Shown here: positions 52,567-63,209 of the stretch, in pieces | Layout of the letters: every line of letters starts with the position of its first letter | Numbering within the stretch: the first letter of the stretch is position 1 | Source of the DNA: an uncultured delta proteobacterium | Lineage (GTDB): Bacteria; Myxococcota_A; Polyangia; Fen-1088 | Assembly: GCA_963796685.1 (NCBI GenBank) | Contig: CAWCMR010000006.1 | Span: forward strand, 1-64,000 | Direction of reading: 5' to 3' | DNA: 64,000 nucleotides | Program-made: the position numbers and the translations under genes | The notes under the pieces: model-generated | Told to the model about the DNA's origin: nothing | Databases searched by the model: none | Seen by the model: the letters and a program-made list of their open reading frames with translations, nothing else

Positions 52567-53320
52567 CTATGGCGCACAGACTTTGAGGACCGAGAGGTAC
52601 CAGGGCGCAGGATTGCGGCAGCCGCCGCACTGAAGCGCCACCAGCCAGGTGCCGGTGTCGTCGATTCCTTGGAAAGACTCACCCTTATCCGTCTTCAGGG
52701 ACGAGAAGTTGACGGTGTTTCCCGTGGCGATGTCACCCTGATAGAGCTTGGTGGGAATCAGTTCGAGATCGAGGAACTGGGTCTCGAGCTCGGTGGGAGT
52801 CTGCGTATATTGGCCGACAAGGGCCTTCGTGATGTTGGAAAGGACGAAGTCGTTGCCAAGCGCGTTCTTGGTCATCTGGCTCCAATTGAGCGTGATGCCC
52901 GCCTGCCCCGCGGGGATCATGGTCGGCGTCAGGCTGTGGAGATCCGCGGTGTAGGTGAGCTGGGTGGAATTCGACGTCATCGTGACGGTCGTGTTCGTGG
53001 AAGAGGGGTCGATCTGGAAGGATTGGATCATCTTGGTCCCCTCGCCGAGCGTCGAGCCCGTGGCCGCCATGAGGGTGTAGGTGTACTTGCTGGGGTCGTA
53101 CTGGGTCGAGTCCAGGAACGAGAGAATGGTGGCGGCGTTGGGAGCGCCGCTGTTCGTGAATGCCAGAAGGTTCGCCGACGTGGCGTTGCCGTCGGTGGTG
53201 TACTGCAGGGGCAGGGTGACGAGATCGCGTTGCTGAAGGGAGTCGGCGTTCAGCTTGGTCTGGAGGTCGGAAAGTGTGAGCTTCCACATGAGAACCAGGA
53301 TGGTGAGAGGCAAGAACCCA
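52567..53320 (-). pseudogene. Thr/Ser-rich secreted-type protein, apparently missing its N-terminus
   Basis: Coding-like from about LTILVLMWKL to ...QCGGCRNPAPWYLSVLKVC. No convincing start codon or signal peptide. Confidence 0.5.
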
Positions 53321-53620
53321 CAACGGAGAGCTTGGCAACCATGACGACCATGGTCACCCCAATTGGCCTTCCTTGCAACTCGGGCGACACTACGTAATCC
53401 CGCGACAGGAAGAGCGACAGCGCGGAAGGTACCAGAAAGAGACACCTGTCCACGATGGATGCACGCAATCCATCGAGCGATGACGGGTGGTCGTGGACGT
53501 AGATGGCTTACCGTGGCCGTGGCCGGAGTGATCTCTCTTCGGCCAGGGCCACGGGGACGGCCACGTTTACGACTACGACCACGTGGAAAGCTTCGCCCTT
53601 CAGGGCCCGCTGCGCTTTTG

Positions 53621-54736
53621 CTAGCGAATCAGCGGAACGCAGGGCGCGCCCACCCGGCTGGTCAGCTCGAGCAGGCGGTAGACCAGATTCTCGTAGGCCT
53701 TGTGCAGCTCGCTGTCGGAGGTGACGGAAACGAAGAGTCGGCCGCCGGCCGTGGTGCCGTGTCCCCCCGAGGTGCCGTCCGTGCCGATGAGCTGTCGCAT
53801 GAGCGCGCCCGCCCGCCTTTGGCTGGGCTCGGTGCGCATGGACACGTAGACCTGTTTGCCGAACCGGCCGCAGCAAAGCACGAACTGCGCTCCCTCGTAG
53901 TCGAGCAACAGATCGGCGACTTCGGCCACCAGATCGGGGTAGGCGATGGCGCCGAGGTTCACGGTGATGATGTCGCCCCACACCTGGGCCATGCGTAGGG
54001 CGCGGTCGAGAGCCTCGTAGTATTGGCTCGGCAACTTGGGTTGCTGGATGCGGAACATGAGGTGGTGGTCCACCATCGGGATGAGAAAGAGGTAGGCGTC
54101 GCGCTCGGCCGCCGTGGCCTCGCGCCCGAGGTCGCGGGTCTCCGAGCGAATCGCGTAGAAGAGGGCCGTGGCCAGACTGGTGTGCAGCGGGATGTTCAGC
54201 TCGCGCAGGTACTGCAAGACGATGGTCGAGGTGGCCCCGAGCTGCGGGCGAATGTCGCACCACCTTGCCTGCGCGCTGTCCTCGCGCGCGGGATGGTGAT
54301 CGACGACGATGTCGACCTTGCGCTCCGTGGGCAGCGAGTTGTTGCCGGTGCCCGGCTGGCTGTCGACGATGGCGATGGTGTCGAAGTGGTCGGTGTTGAG
54401 GACCTCGGCCGGAATCAACGGGACTCTCAGCTTCTCTACCATGGCGCGATTTTCGGCGCGGCCCACGATCCCGCCCAGCGCAAGCGTCGCGCTCAGGTCG
54501 GTGGTGCATTCGACCAGGTGTTTGAGGCCCATGGCCGCGGCCATGGCATCGGGATCGGGGTTGTCGTGCATGTAGATGAGCAGGTTGCGCCGCCCCTGCA
54601 GCTCCTCGATGCCCTTGCTCACGTTGAAGTCGGCGATGCCGAAATCGGACTGGGCTCCGGTACGCGGCTCGGGCGTGAACAGACCGCTGTTGGAAGAAGG
54701 AAACTCTTCGGAGGGCAGTTTCTCTTTTCCAATCAT
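53621..54736 (-). CDS. DHH/DHHA1 phosphoesterase
   Basis: HDNPDPDA, IVDSQ, VVDHH, GATST, GGHGTTAGG. Confidence 0.9.
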   Translation of the reverse strand: MIGKEKLPSEEFPSSNSGLFTPEPRTGAQSDFGIADFNVSKGIEELQGRRNLLIYMHDNPDPDAMAAAMGLKHLVECTTDLSATLALGGIVGRAENRAMVEKLRVPLIPAEVLNTDHFDTIAIVDSQPGTGNNSLPTERKVDIVVDHHPAREDSAQARWCDIRPQLGATSTIVLQYLRELNIPLHTSLATALFYAIRSETRDLGREATAAERDAYLFLIPMVDHHLMFRIQQPKLPSQYYEALDRALRMAQVWGDIITVNLGAIAYPDLVAEVADLLLDYEGAQFVLCCGRFGKQVYVSMRTEPSQRRAGALMRQLIGTDGTSGGHGTTAGGRLFVSVTSDSELHKAYENLVYRLLELTSRVGAPCVPLIR

Positions 54737-54738
54737 GG

Positions 54739-55389
54739 CTAGTGCAAAGGCCGGATGGTCAGGTTGTCGAAACTGACGTCGGCCTCCCAGTCGTTGATGG
54801 CGAAGAACTCGTGCCCCGCTCCGGCGAGCGGCTCGGGATCGTTCCACGAGAGATAGGGCACGCCATCCAGCTTCCAGTCGATGAGCCCGTCCCGCCGGGT
54901 GACGGTGAAATGGTAGGTGCGGCCAAGGGTCACGAGGGGCGGGCCGCCTTGGCGGTCGCGTGCGGCTTTCACGGCTTCGTCGTGCTCGCCCAGGCGGCCG
55001 ATGATGCTTCGGCTGTTGTTCCAGCCGCCGAAGACGATCATGTAGCTGGTCGGATCGTAGCGGCCCTTGTCGGGATCGAAGGATTCGCCGTCGCCGAAGA
55101 GCTCGACCTTGATGTCACCCGCGGGGCTTCGCGAAACCGCATCGAAATCGATCTGCACGTTGCGCGGCAACTTGCGTCGCAGCCAGATGGGGTGGTTGTA
55201 GGCGCGCGCGAGGTCGAGCTTGCCGTCCTTGATGCTCGCGCCATGGCTGGTGTCGAGCCAGTCGGCTCCGAGGTCTACGCGTTCGAACTTGTCGGTGAAC
55301 GGAGCCTCGATGGTCGGGACGCGCGGCTTGCACGAGGCACCGGCAGCCAGCGCGGCTGCGGTGACGACCATGGCGAGGGTTCTTTTCAC
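54739..55389 (-). CDS. Lipoprotein, ConA-like beta-sandwich
   Basis: AAGASC lipobox; FTDKFER..LG.DW, FGGWNN, FDNLTI. Confidence 0.75.
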   Translation of the reverse strand: MKRTLAMVVTAAALAAGASCKPRVPTIEAPFTDKFERVDLGADWLDTSHGASIKDGKLDLARAYNHPIWLRRKLPRNVQIDFDAVSRSPAGDIKVELFGDGESFDPDKGRYDPTSYMIVFGGWNNSRSIIGRLGEHDEAVKAARDRQGGPPLVTLGRTYHFTVTRRDGLIDWKLDGVPYLSWNDPEPLAGAGHEFFAINDWEADVSFDNLTIRPLH

Positions 55390-55501
55390 GACGACTACCG
55401 GCGAAGGCTATCGGCAGAATCCCTCAACCGCAAGGCCGCGCAGGGGGTCGTCGGAGGAAAAGCGGGCCCGCACCTTCGTGGTGCAACCAGCCAAGGACGA
55501 G

Positions 55502-56419
55502 CTATCCCCCTGATCGTCCGGCCATTTTCTCGAAAAGCAGGCCCCAGCGGATGCCGCGGTCGCTGACCAGGATCTCGGTGGCCTGTGCCGACAGCGCGAT
55601 CTGTCGAAGGATGCAGGCACCGGCCAGGATGACGTCGGCACGCTTCGGATCGAGACCGGCCATGGTTTCGCGCTCGGCTTGCGTGGAGGTGCGCAGGCGA
55701 TCGATTTGTTGCTCCAGGGCGGCCAAGGTGAGGCGATGGCCATGGACGCGGGCCGGGTCGTAGCTGGCCAGCGCGAGCGCCATGGCGGCCAGGGTCGTGA
55801 CCGTGCCCGCGGTTCCGATCAGGGTGGGGCGAGTCGGGAAGGGGACGGTCGCCAAATGCTGGGCGATTTCGCCGGTGGCCGCCGCAACCTCGGCCGCCGT
55901 CGCGGGGTCGTTGCGTACATGCTTTTCGGTCAGCCGGACCGATCCCAGGGGCAGGCTGCGCCGGAATTCCACGCATCCGGCTCGGGCCACGATGATTTCG
56001 GTCGAACCGCCGCCGATGTCGACGACCACCACCGTGCCCTGGGTCTCGTCCGGGAACGAGCGCTGGGCGGCGAGGAAGGACAGTGCGGCCTCGCGCTCGC
56101 CGTCGATGACCTCGACGGGGACGCCGAGGAGGCGCGCCGCGGGCTCGAGGAAGTCGCGCGCGTTGGTCGCACGGCGCAGCCCCTCGGTGCCGATGGCGTG
56201 GATGCTCGCCCCGTGCTTGCGCGCGATGGCGGCGTAATCGGTCAGCACGGCCAACGTGCGCTCGATACCCGGCCGGCCGAGGCCACCGTCCGCGCCGATG
56301 CCGCGGCCAAGGCGGGTGATCTCCGCGCGCTCGTCCAGCACGCGCAGCTCGCCGTCCCGGGCCTCGGCCACGAGGAGCAGCGTCGTGTTGGTGCCGATAT
56401 CGATGCTGGCCAGGCGCAT
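55502..56419 (-). CDS. ppx: Ppx/GppA exopolyphosphatase
   Basis: IDIGTNT, RLG.G, GEREA, DIGGGSTE, LGSVRL, GTAGT, RADVI.AG. Confidence 0.92.
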   Translation of the reverse strand: MRLASIDIGTNTTLLLVAEARDGELRVLDERAEITRLGRGIGADGGLGRPGIERTLAVLTDYAAIARKHGASIHAIGTEGLRRATNARDFLEPAARLLGVPVEVIDGEREAALSFLAAQRSFPDETQGTVVVVDIGGGSTEIIVARAGCVEFRRSLPLGSVRLTEKHVRNDPATAAEVAAATGEIAQHLATVPFPTRPTLIGTAGTVTTLAAMALALASYDPARVHGHRLTLAALEQQIDRLRTSTQAERETMAGLDPKRADVILAGACILRQIALSAQATEILVSDRGIRWGLLFEKMAGRSGG

Positions 56420-56421
56420 GG

Positions 56422-57723
56422 CTACTTGAAGTCGGCGGGCGGTGGCCCCCACGACGGGTTCTTGGCGCCACCCTTGTAGATCTGGAACTCGCGATGGGTC
56501 TGCAGGTTCATCACGAATAGGCCGCCGCGGCTGGAGGAATAAACCAGCAGCCGGCAATCGGGCGACCAGGATGGGTCCGAGTTGGAGCCTTGCCCCTGGG
56601 TCACGCGGTCGATCTTTCCCGTGCGCATGTCGTAGGTGAAGATGTCGAAGACGTAGCGCTCGTCGCGGCCCGTGAAGGCGATGACGGGGGTCTCCTTGCG
56701 CGGGCAGAAGCGAGGCGTCTGGTTGTAGTTACCCTGGAAGGTCAGGCGGCGTGCTCCTCCGCCGGACGCCCCCATGACGAAGATCTGCGGCGTGCCTTGG
56801 CGGTCGGAGACGAAGGCGATCTGGCCGCCCGGGGAGACGGACGCCGAGGTGTCGATGCTGGGCGAGGTCGTCAGGCGCGCGATGATCTTGCCGTCGGCAG
56901 CGGAGATCTTGTACAGCTCGGCGTTGCCATCGATGGACAGCGTCACGATGAGGGTGTTGTTGTTCAGCCAGGCCGGACCCGTGTTGAGCCCGGGCCGGTC
57001 GGAAATGTGGCGGGCTCGGCCGCCGCTGGCCGAAACCAGCCAAAGATCGGCGCCCCCGCGCAGAAACGAGTTGAATGCGATCTCGGTGCCCGACGGCGAG
57101 AGCGCGGGCAAGAGGCACTGCGATCGCATCTGCGTGACGACCTTCATCTCCTGGCCGTCCATGCCGATGGTCGCGATTTCCGGCCTCTTGCCGGTCATGG
57201 CGAAGGCGATGCGCGAGCCGAACACGCCGCGCATGCCGGTGAACTGCTGGATCACGTCGTTGGCCCACATGTGAACCAGCGGACGCAGCTCGGCGCCGCG
57301 ATAGCTCTTGGTCAGCACCGGGGCGTCGCCGTGGCCGACTTGGTACAGGCGCCCCTCGACCACCAGGCCGCCACCCTCGTGCGCCGCACGCAGCTTGGCC
57401 ACGCCCTGCGCGCCCACCTGCGACCACAGGTCGGACGAGAATGCCAACCCCTCTTTCACCAGCGAATCGGGGAACGATGCCGGATCGAGAACGCGGAAAA
57501 GGCCGATGAGGTCGAGATCGCGACGCTCGGTCTCCGCCGCCTGGCCCACCAGATCGCCGTCGCCCACGGCGTTGGGCAGGCCGAGACGAAAGAGATCGCG
57601 GTTGGGATCGGTGATGGTGATCTGGGGCAGGTCGTCCTCCACAGCCTGATCGGCGGCGCGCGCGAAGCCTGGGACAGCGACGATCGCTAGCAGGATACCG
57701 GTGGCGAGCGGAAACGTCTTCAT
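56422..57723 (-). CDS. tolB: TolB beta-propeller protein
   Basis: Signal peptide, TolB N-domain, PD40 repeats (IAFVSDR.G.PQI, PSWSPD). Confidence 0.88.
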   Translation of the reverse strand: MKTFPLATGILLAIVAVPGFARAADQAVEDDLPQITITDPNRDLFRLGLPNAVGDGDLVGQAAETERRDLDLIGLFRVLDPASFPDSLVKEGLAFSSDLWSQVGAQGVAKLRAAHEGGGLVVEGRLYQVGHGDAPVLTKSYRGAELRPLVHMWANDVIQQFTGMRGVFGSRIAFAMTGKRPEIATIGMDGQEMKVVTQMRSQCLLPALSPSGTEIAFNSFLRGGADLWLVSASGGRARHISDRPGLNTGPAWLNNNTLIVTLSIDGNAELYKISAADGKIIARLTTSPSIDTSASVSPGGQIAFVSDRQGTPQIFVMGASGGGARRLTFQGNYNQTPRFCPRKETPVIAFTGRDERYVFDIFTYDMRTGKIDRVTQGQGSNSDPSWSPDCRLLVYSSSRGGLFVMNLQTHREFQIYKGGAKNPSWGPPPADFK

Positions 57724-57767
57724 GCGGGTCCTTTTCTTCGGCTGGTTCGGCTGGCGCATGCCCTTGT

Positions 57768-58496
57768 CTATCGCGCCAGCTCTTTGCCTGCAAACTTGAG
57801 ATTGAAGCCGCGCTTGAAGGAGGGCGGCGGTGGCGGCACCTTGCCCGTGGCCTTCACGGCCTGGACACAGGAGTCGTCGAAGTACTCGTTGCCCGAGGAT
57901 TGCTTGACGACCGGGTTCTGCATGGTGCCGTCGGCGCTGATGGCGATACGCATGACCGTGACCAACGTGGCCAGCTCCGAGTCGGTGACCAGGCCGGTGG
58001 GCGTCACCCAATTTCTGCGGATGGCGTTGTAGACCGCGGTGGCGTACTCGTCGCCCACCGTTCCGTGCGTGGACGTCCCCTCGGTCGAGCCGGTGAGCGA
58101 CCCTTCCGCGGGCTCTTCGGTGGCCTGGGCCAACATCTGGGCGCGTTTGAGTGCGCGGCGCATGTCCTTCGAGAGGTCGGCATCGTCGATCTTGGGCGCC
58201 TCTTTCGGGGCTGGCGCGGCGTTGGGATCGTCCGTGAGATTCAGTTTTGGCGCGGGCGCCTTGGGCCGGGGCGGTTGCACGATGCGCGGCAGCCAGAACT
58301 TGTCGCGCGGCTTGCCCAGGGCCACCAGCTGCGTGACGATCATGTCGCGCGGGGTTTCGATGGGCGGCGGGGATTTCACGTGCGCGAAGTAGATGAGCGC
58401 AATCAAGCTGGCGTGAATGAGCAAGGTCGCGGCGATGCCGCCGAACGAGCTGCCTCGGCCAAGGGGCCGGATGCGGTTTTGAATCGCGACGCTCAT
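57768..58496 (-). CDS. tolA: TolA/TonB-family protein
   Basis: TM helix with His, Pro-rich linker, IRRNW..P, SSGN..FD.S; sits between tolR and tolB. Confidence 0.75.
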   Translation of the reverse strand: MSVAIQNRIRPLGRGSSFGGIAATLLIHASLIALIYFAHVKSPPPIETPRDMIVTQLVALGKPRDKFWLPRIVQPPRPKAPAPKLNLTDDPNAAPAPKEAPKIDDADLSKDMRRALKRAQMLAQATEEPAEGSLTGSTEGTSTHGTVGDEYATAVYNAIRRNWVTPTGLVTDSELATLVTVMRIAISADGTMQNPVVKQSSGNEYFDDSCVQAVKATGKVPPPPPSFKRGFNLKFAGKELAR

Positions 58497-58910
58497 CTAT
58501 TCCAATGGATCCGTGATCAGTCCCATCTTATCGCCCCCCGCCAGCTTGATGGCGGCCATGACCTTGACCACGTCGCCGTACGACAGGGCGGTGTCGGCGT
58601 GCAGGTAGGCCTCGTGGTCGGCCTGCAGCTTGGCGTTGGCCTTGAGCTTGGTCTCTACCTCGGCGACCGGGATCTCCATGCGACCGATGAAGACGCGGTG
58701 GTCCTTGGTCATGGTGATGATGAGCTTGCCGCTCTCGTCGGGCACGGTCTGGGCCTTGGCATTGGGCAGGGTGACGTCCACGCCGGTCTGCATGATGGGT
58801 GCCGTGACCATGAAGACGATGAGCAAGACCAGCATCACATCGACCAGCGGCGTGACGTTGATTTCGGACAGCGTCCCGGTTTCCTTGCCCCCGCCCGCCG
58901 ACATGGCCAT
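58497..58910 (-). CDS. tolR: TolR/ExbD
   Basis: EINVTPLVDVMLVLLIVFMVTAP, AD....YG.V. Confidence 0.92.
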   Translation of the reverse strand: MAMSAGGGKETGTLSEINVTPLVDVMLVLLIVFMVTAPIMQTGVDVTLPNAKAQTVPDESGKLIITMTKDHRVFIGRMEIPVAEVETKLKANAKLQADHEAYLHADTALSYGDVVKVMAAIKLAGGDKMGLITDPLE

Positions 58911-58912
58911 GG

Positions 58913-59632
58913 CTAGAAGAACCTCCTCCGGATGATGTTGAGGAAGTCGTTGGTGAAGGTTTCCATCTCGGCCGAGATCACGCGAATCCTCCGTGACAGG
59001 TAATTGTAGCCCATGACCGCCGGGATGGCGGCCACGAGGCCGATGGCGGTCGCTACCAAGGCTTCGGCGATGCCCGGCGCCACGGTGGCCAGGTTGGCCG
59101 CGCCCTTGGCGCCGATGTTGCGGAACGAGTTCATGATGCCCCACACGGTGCCGAACAGGCCGATGAAGGGCGCGGCGCTGGCCGTGGTGGCCAGGAAGGG
59201 GACCTTGTTCTCCATCTCGGTGATGGCCATGGTGCGGGCGCGCGACAGGGCGCGCTCCAGGCTCTCGATGTCGCCCAGGCCACCCTCGTCGGGCTTGGCT
59301 CCCACTTGCGGCTGGGCGTGCCGCTTGCGCAGCTTGATGAGCTCGAGGTACCCGGCACGGAAGACCTCGCTCACCGGCGAGGGCGGCGCCTCCTGCGCCT
59401 CCTTCCACATCTCGTCCAGGCTGCTGTCCCAGAATTTTTCGACGAAGCGCAGCGAGCGCCGGTACGCGCGAGACAGATACATCCATTTGCCGCCGATGAC
59501 ATACCAGGAAATCATGGACATCAGCGCCAGGAGGCCCAGGACGGCCTTGGGAACCGCGCCGGCGTGGGCGATGAGTGAGATGATATCCAGCCTGTCTCCC
59601 GCGCCGCCGGCTTGCAAAAGGACATGAATCAT
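58913..59632 (-). CDS. tolQ: TolQ/ExbB
   Basis: LAT.AS.APFIGLFGTVWGIM.SF, VAPGIAEALVATA.GL. Confidence 0.93.
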   Translation of the reverse strand: MIHVLLQAGGAGDRLDIISLIAHAGAVPKAVLGLLALMSMISWYVIGGKWMYLSRAYRRSLRFVEKFWDSSLDEMWKEAQEAPPSPVSEVFRAGYLELIKLRKRHAQPQVGAKPDEGGLGDIESLERALSRARTMAITEMENKVPFLATTASAAPFIGLFGTVWGIMNSFRNIGAKGAANLATVAPGIAEALVATAIGLVAAIPAVMGYNYLSRRIRVISAEMETFTNDFLNIIRRRFF

Positions 59633-59706
59633 CGAGGGCTCCTTGTTCTTCAACCCGGATTCGGCTGACTGCCTTCCCGGGAATGCTGCTAATCTAACCT
59701 CGATTT

Positions 59707-60183
59707 ATGGATCGAATCACACTCATCGCGCTTCTTTTTTCGGCCATGGGCTGCGTTTCCATCGACGGTGGCGCGGTAGAGGCGAGCTGGGTGGTGGCGA
59801 CCCACGACGGTCGGGGTATCGCCGACTGCGGCTGCACGTGCCCGCCCATCGCCAAAGTCAGGCTGCAGCTCATCCCCGTGGCCGGAGGCGGCGACCCCTG
59901 CGCCGGCCGCGCCGCGTGCCAGTTTTCGTGCAACCTGCAAAGCGGTGCCACGCGCTTCGACATCCCGCCGGGGACCTACAGCGTTTCGCTGGTGCCGGTG
60001 GGCCCGGACGGCAACGACATCTCGAGCGGCGAGGTCGGGACTTGCAGCGCCGGGCCGGGCGTCGACCCGGTGGTGCGCGAGGTGATCCGGGGACGGGTCA
60101 CCCAGCTGCCAGCCTTGGTGGTTCTCGCCGACTGCGCGGCCGACTGCGGCGGCTCGGACAGCTCCAAGGTGTGCACGAAATAG
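59707..60183 (+). CDS. Cys-rich lipoprotein
   Basis: FSAMGC lipobox; GGAVEASW, PPGTY. Confidence 0.75.
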   Translation: MDRITLIALLFSAMGCVSIDGGAVEASWVVATHDGRGIADCGCTCPPIAKVRLQLIPVAGGGDPCAGRAACQFSCNLQSGATRFDIPPGTYSVSLVPVGPDGNDISSGEVGTCSAGPGVDPVVREVIRGRVTQLPALVVLADCAADCGGSDSSKVCTK

Positions 60184-60241
60184 ACCGCCTTTTCGAGGTG
60201 CCGCCTTCACGCGCGGCCGTTTGATGCTAGCCTGGAAGGGC

Positions 60242-60967
60242 ATGTCTGAACGCTCATTTGGTCGTGGCCCCGCGCCAGCCTGGATGCGGCCGATCACCCA
60301 ACGCCTTTCCCCCGCCATCCGCAACCTGGTCATCGTCGAGGCCGCGCTGTTCGGCCTCTACATCATGGCCGCGCCCTTGCGTGGAGACATCACCACCCAC
60401 CTGGCGCTGGGACCGCTGGTCGTGGAGGGCGAGTATTGGCAGCCGGCCAGCTCGCTGTTCGTGCACATCGATCTGTGGGGCTTCATCTTCGACCTCATCG
60501 GGCTGTGGTTCGTGGGCGCCACCATCGAGCGTTCGCTCGGCAGGCGGCGCTTCCTGCTGATGTTCTTCGGTGCCGGCCTGGCCGCGAACGTCGTCGTGGC
60601 GCTCCTGGGCGCGGCCATGCACTGGACCGCGATCTACGCCGGCTGCGGCGATTCCGTGCTGGCCCTCTTCGTGGCGCTGGGCGTGCTCTTCGGGCGGACC
60701 GAGGTGCGCGTGTTCGGCAGCCTCGTGCTCCAGGCGCGCATCCTGACCTACATCTTGGTCGGCATGTCCCTCGTGTCGGCCCTTTTCCAGCGGGCCTGGC
60801 CCTCGCTGGCCGGCACGCTGGTCGCCGTGGCGGTGGGCTATTTCCTGGCCGGCGGCAAGAGCGGCACCATCCTCGGTTTCCTCACCCGATGGCGCCGCCC
60901 GCGGCGGGTCGGATTCGAGATCCTGGAGGGCGGGCGCGGCAAGCGCGGCAAGAAGTACGTGAACTGA
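60242..60967 (+). CDS. Rhomboid-like membrane protein, possibly catalytically inactive
   Basis: WQP.SS.FVH, G..IERSLG.RRF, multiple TM helices. The GxSG motif appears as GCGD and no TM6 His is evident. Confidence 0.75.
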   Translation: MSERSFGRGPAPAWMRPITQRLSPAIRNLVIVEAALFGLYIMAAPLRGDITTHLALGPLVVEGEYWQPASSLFVHIDLWGFIFDLIGLWFVGATIERSLGRRRFLLMFFGAGLAANVVVALLGAAMHWTAIYAGCGDSVLALFVALGVLFGRTEVRVFGSLVLQARILTYILVGMSLVSALFQRAWPSLAGTLVAVAVGYFLAGGKSGTILGFLTRWRRPRRVGFEILEGGRGKRGKKYVN

Positions 60968-61009
60968 CCCCTGCATCTCCGTGTCCTGTGGTTAAATCCC
61001 CGACTGGAG

Positions 61010-63199
61010 ATGGACATGAAGCGATTTTCCGGATGGCTTGCCCTGGTTGCTTGCGGCACGAGCACGCTCTCTCTTGCGTGCGGCGATTTGAGGCGCAGAG
61101 GACGCGATGCGGGTGTCTCGCCTGACGATACCCTTCAGCCACTCGCGGACGGTGGGGGCGCTCTCAGATCCACCAGTTGGGCCGACGACCGGATCGCCGC
61201 CCTGGTGGGGCAGATGACCTACGCCGAGAAGATCGCGCAGTTGCAGAACAACGCCCCCGCCATACCGCGTCTCGGGCTCGCGGCCTACGAATACTGGAAC
61301 GAGGGGTTGCACGGCGTTCGCACCGACGGGGCAACGTCGTTTCCGCAGGCCATCGCGCTCGGCAGCACCTGGGATCCCGACCTGCTTCAGCGCGTGGCTT
61401 CGGCCATCTCGGACGAGGCGCGCGGCTTCAACGCGACCACGGGCATGGGGTTGACGTACTGGTCGCCGGTGATCAACATGCTGCGCGACCCGCGTTGGGG
61501 GCGTTTCGAGGAGTCCTACACCGAGGATCCCTTTCTCATGTCCAGGATGGGCGTCGCCTTCGTGAGTGGTTTGCAGGGCGACGACCCGAGGTACCTCAAG
61601 GCCGTGTCCACGCCCAAGCATTACGCCGGCAACAACTCCGAGTACAACCGGCACAACGGCTCGTCGGACATCGACGAACAGCTCTTGCACGAATACTACC
61701 TGCCGGCCTTCGAGGCCACGGTCGAGGCCGGCGCCTTTTCGGTCATGTCCGCCTACAACGAGGTGAACGGCGTGCCCGCGGCCGCCAATCCCCTGCTCTT
61801 GCGCGATATCCTGCGCGACACCTGGGGTTTCAAGGGCTACGTGGTGTCGGACTGCGACGCCGTGTGGGACATCGCCAACAGCCACCATTACACGTCGACC
61901 ACGACCGAGGCCGCGGCCATCGCCTTGCAGGCGGGCACCGATCTGAATTGCGGCTCGACCTACCCGAACGAGCTGCAGGCCGCCCTCGATCAAGGGTTGA
62001 TCCTGGAAAGCGACGTGGACACGGCCCTGGTGCGGGTGCTGCGGGCGCGCTTCCTGCTCGGTGAGTTCGATTCGGCGGGCGAGGTTCCCTTCCGATCCAT
62101 CGGGGCGGACGTCATCGAATCGCAGGCGAACAAGGCTCTGGCGCTCGAAGCCGCGCGCGCGGCCATGGTGCTGCTCAAGAACGACGGCAGGCTGCTGCCG
62201 CTGGATCGCGCGTCGGTGCACTCGATTGCCGTCATCGGACCGCACGGCAACGACGTGACCCTGGGCGGGTACAGCGGCAGGCCCGACCACACCGTGAGCG
62301 CACTTGCCGGCATCCGCGCGAAGTTCCCCGGGCCCAGCGACGTCGCGGTTTCCTATCAACAAGGCTGCACCGTCATCGGCGATGCCGATCCGTCCGCCCT
62401 CGCCGCGGCAGCCGATCTCGCGCGATCGTCCGACGTCGCCATCGTCTTCGTGGGCACGAGCCAGGACGTGCTGCGCGAAGAGATGGACCGACCAGACTGG
62501 AACCTGCCCGGCGCGCAAGGGGACCTCATTCAGGCCGTGTTCGCCGCCAATCCCAAGACCATCGTCGTGCTGGTCACCGCCGGGCCAGTGGCCGTCGATT
62601 GGGCGCAAGCCAACGTGCCCGCCATCCTGACCGCCTTCTACGACGGCCAGGAGCAAGGCACCGCCATCGCGGACGTGCTGTTCGGCGATTTCAATCCCGG
62701 CGGCAAGCTGACCACGACCTGGTACACGGGCTCGGCCACGCTGCCGCCCATCGGCGACTACGATTTGCGCAAGGGCCGCACCTACCTCTACTACGAGGGC
62801 ACGCCGCTCTACCCCTTCGGCTACGGGCTCTCCTACACGACCTTCTCGTACGCCAACTTCCACGTCGAGCCCGCGGCGATGGCTGCCACCGACATTGCCA
62901 CCATCACCGTCGACGTCACCAACGTGGGCCCGCGCGTGGGCGACGAGGTCGTGCAGCTGTACACGCACGAGGCCTTCGCCAGCGTGCCCCGGCCCATCAA
63001 GGAGCTGCGCGGTTTCCAGCGCGTTCGCCTGCTGCCCGGACAGGCGCAGACGGTCACCTTCACCCTCGCGGGCAAGGATCTCGCATTCTGGGACGTCGAA
63101 AGCCACGGTTGGCAGGTGGACCAAGGCGTGTTCGACATCGCCGTTGGCTCGTCGTCCGCGGACATCCGCGCCCAGGGCAGCCTGGTGGTTCGGAACTAG
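61010..63199 (+). CDS. GH3 beta-glucosidase/xylosidase
   Basis: WNEGLHGV, RDPRWGR.EE, KHYA, VVSDC, LLKN, YPFGYGLSY, Fn3-like C-terminus. Confidence 0.94.
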   Translation: MDMKRFSGWLALVACGTSTLSLACGDLRRRGRDAGVSPDDTLQPLADGGGALRSTSWADDRIAALVGQMTYAEKIAQLQNNAPAIPRLGLAAYEYWNEGLHGVRTDGATSFPQAIALGSTWDPDLLQRVASAISDEARGFNATTGMGLTYWSPVINMLRDPRWGRFEESYTEDPFLMSRMGVAFVSGLQGDDPRYLKAVSTPKHYAGNNSEYNRHNGSSDIDEQLLHEYYLPAFEATVEAGAFSVMSAYNEVNGVPAAANPLLLRDILRDTWGFKGYVVSDCDAVWDIANSHHYTSTTTEAAAIALQAGTDLNCGSTYPNELQAALDQGLILESDVDTALVRVLRARFLLGEFDSAGEVPFRSIGADVIESQANKALALEAARAAMVLLKNDGRLLPLDRASVHSIAVIGPHGNDVTLGGYSGRPDHTVSALAGIRAKFPGPSDVAVSYQQGCTVIGDADPSALAAAADLARSSDVAIVFVGTSQDVLREEMDRPDWNLPGAQGDLIQAVFAANPKTIVVLVTAGPVAVDWAQANVPAILTAFYDGQEQGTAIADVLFGDFNPGGKLTTTWYTGSATLPPIGDYDLRKGRTYLYYEGTPLYPFGYGLSYTTFSYANFHVEPAAMAATDIATITVDVTNVGPRVGDEVVQLYTHEAFASVPRPIKELRGFQRVRLLPGQAQTVTFTLAGKDLAFWDVESHGWQVDQGVFDIAVGSSSADIRAQGSLVVRN

Positions 63200-63209
63200 C
63201 TCTTCCACC

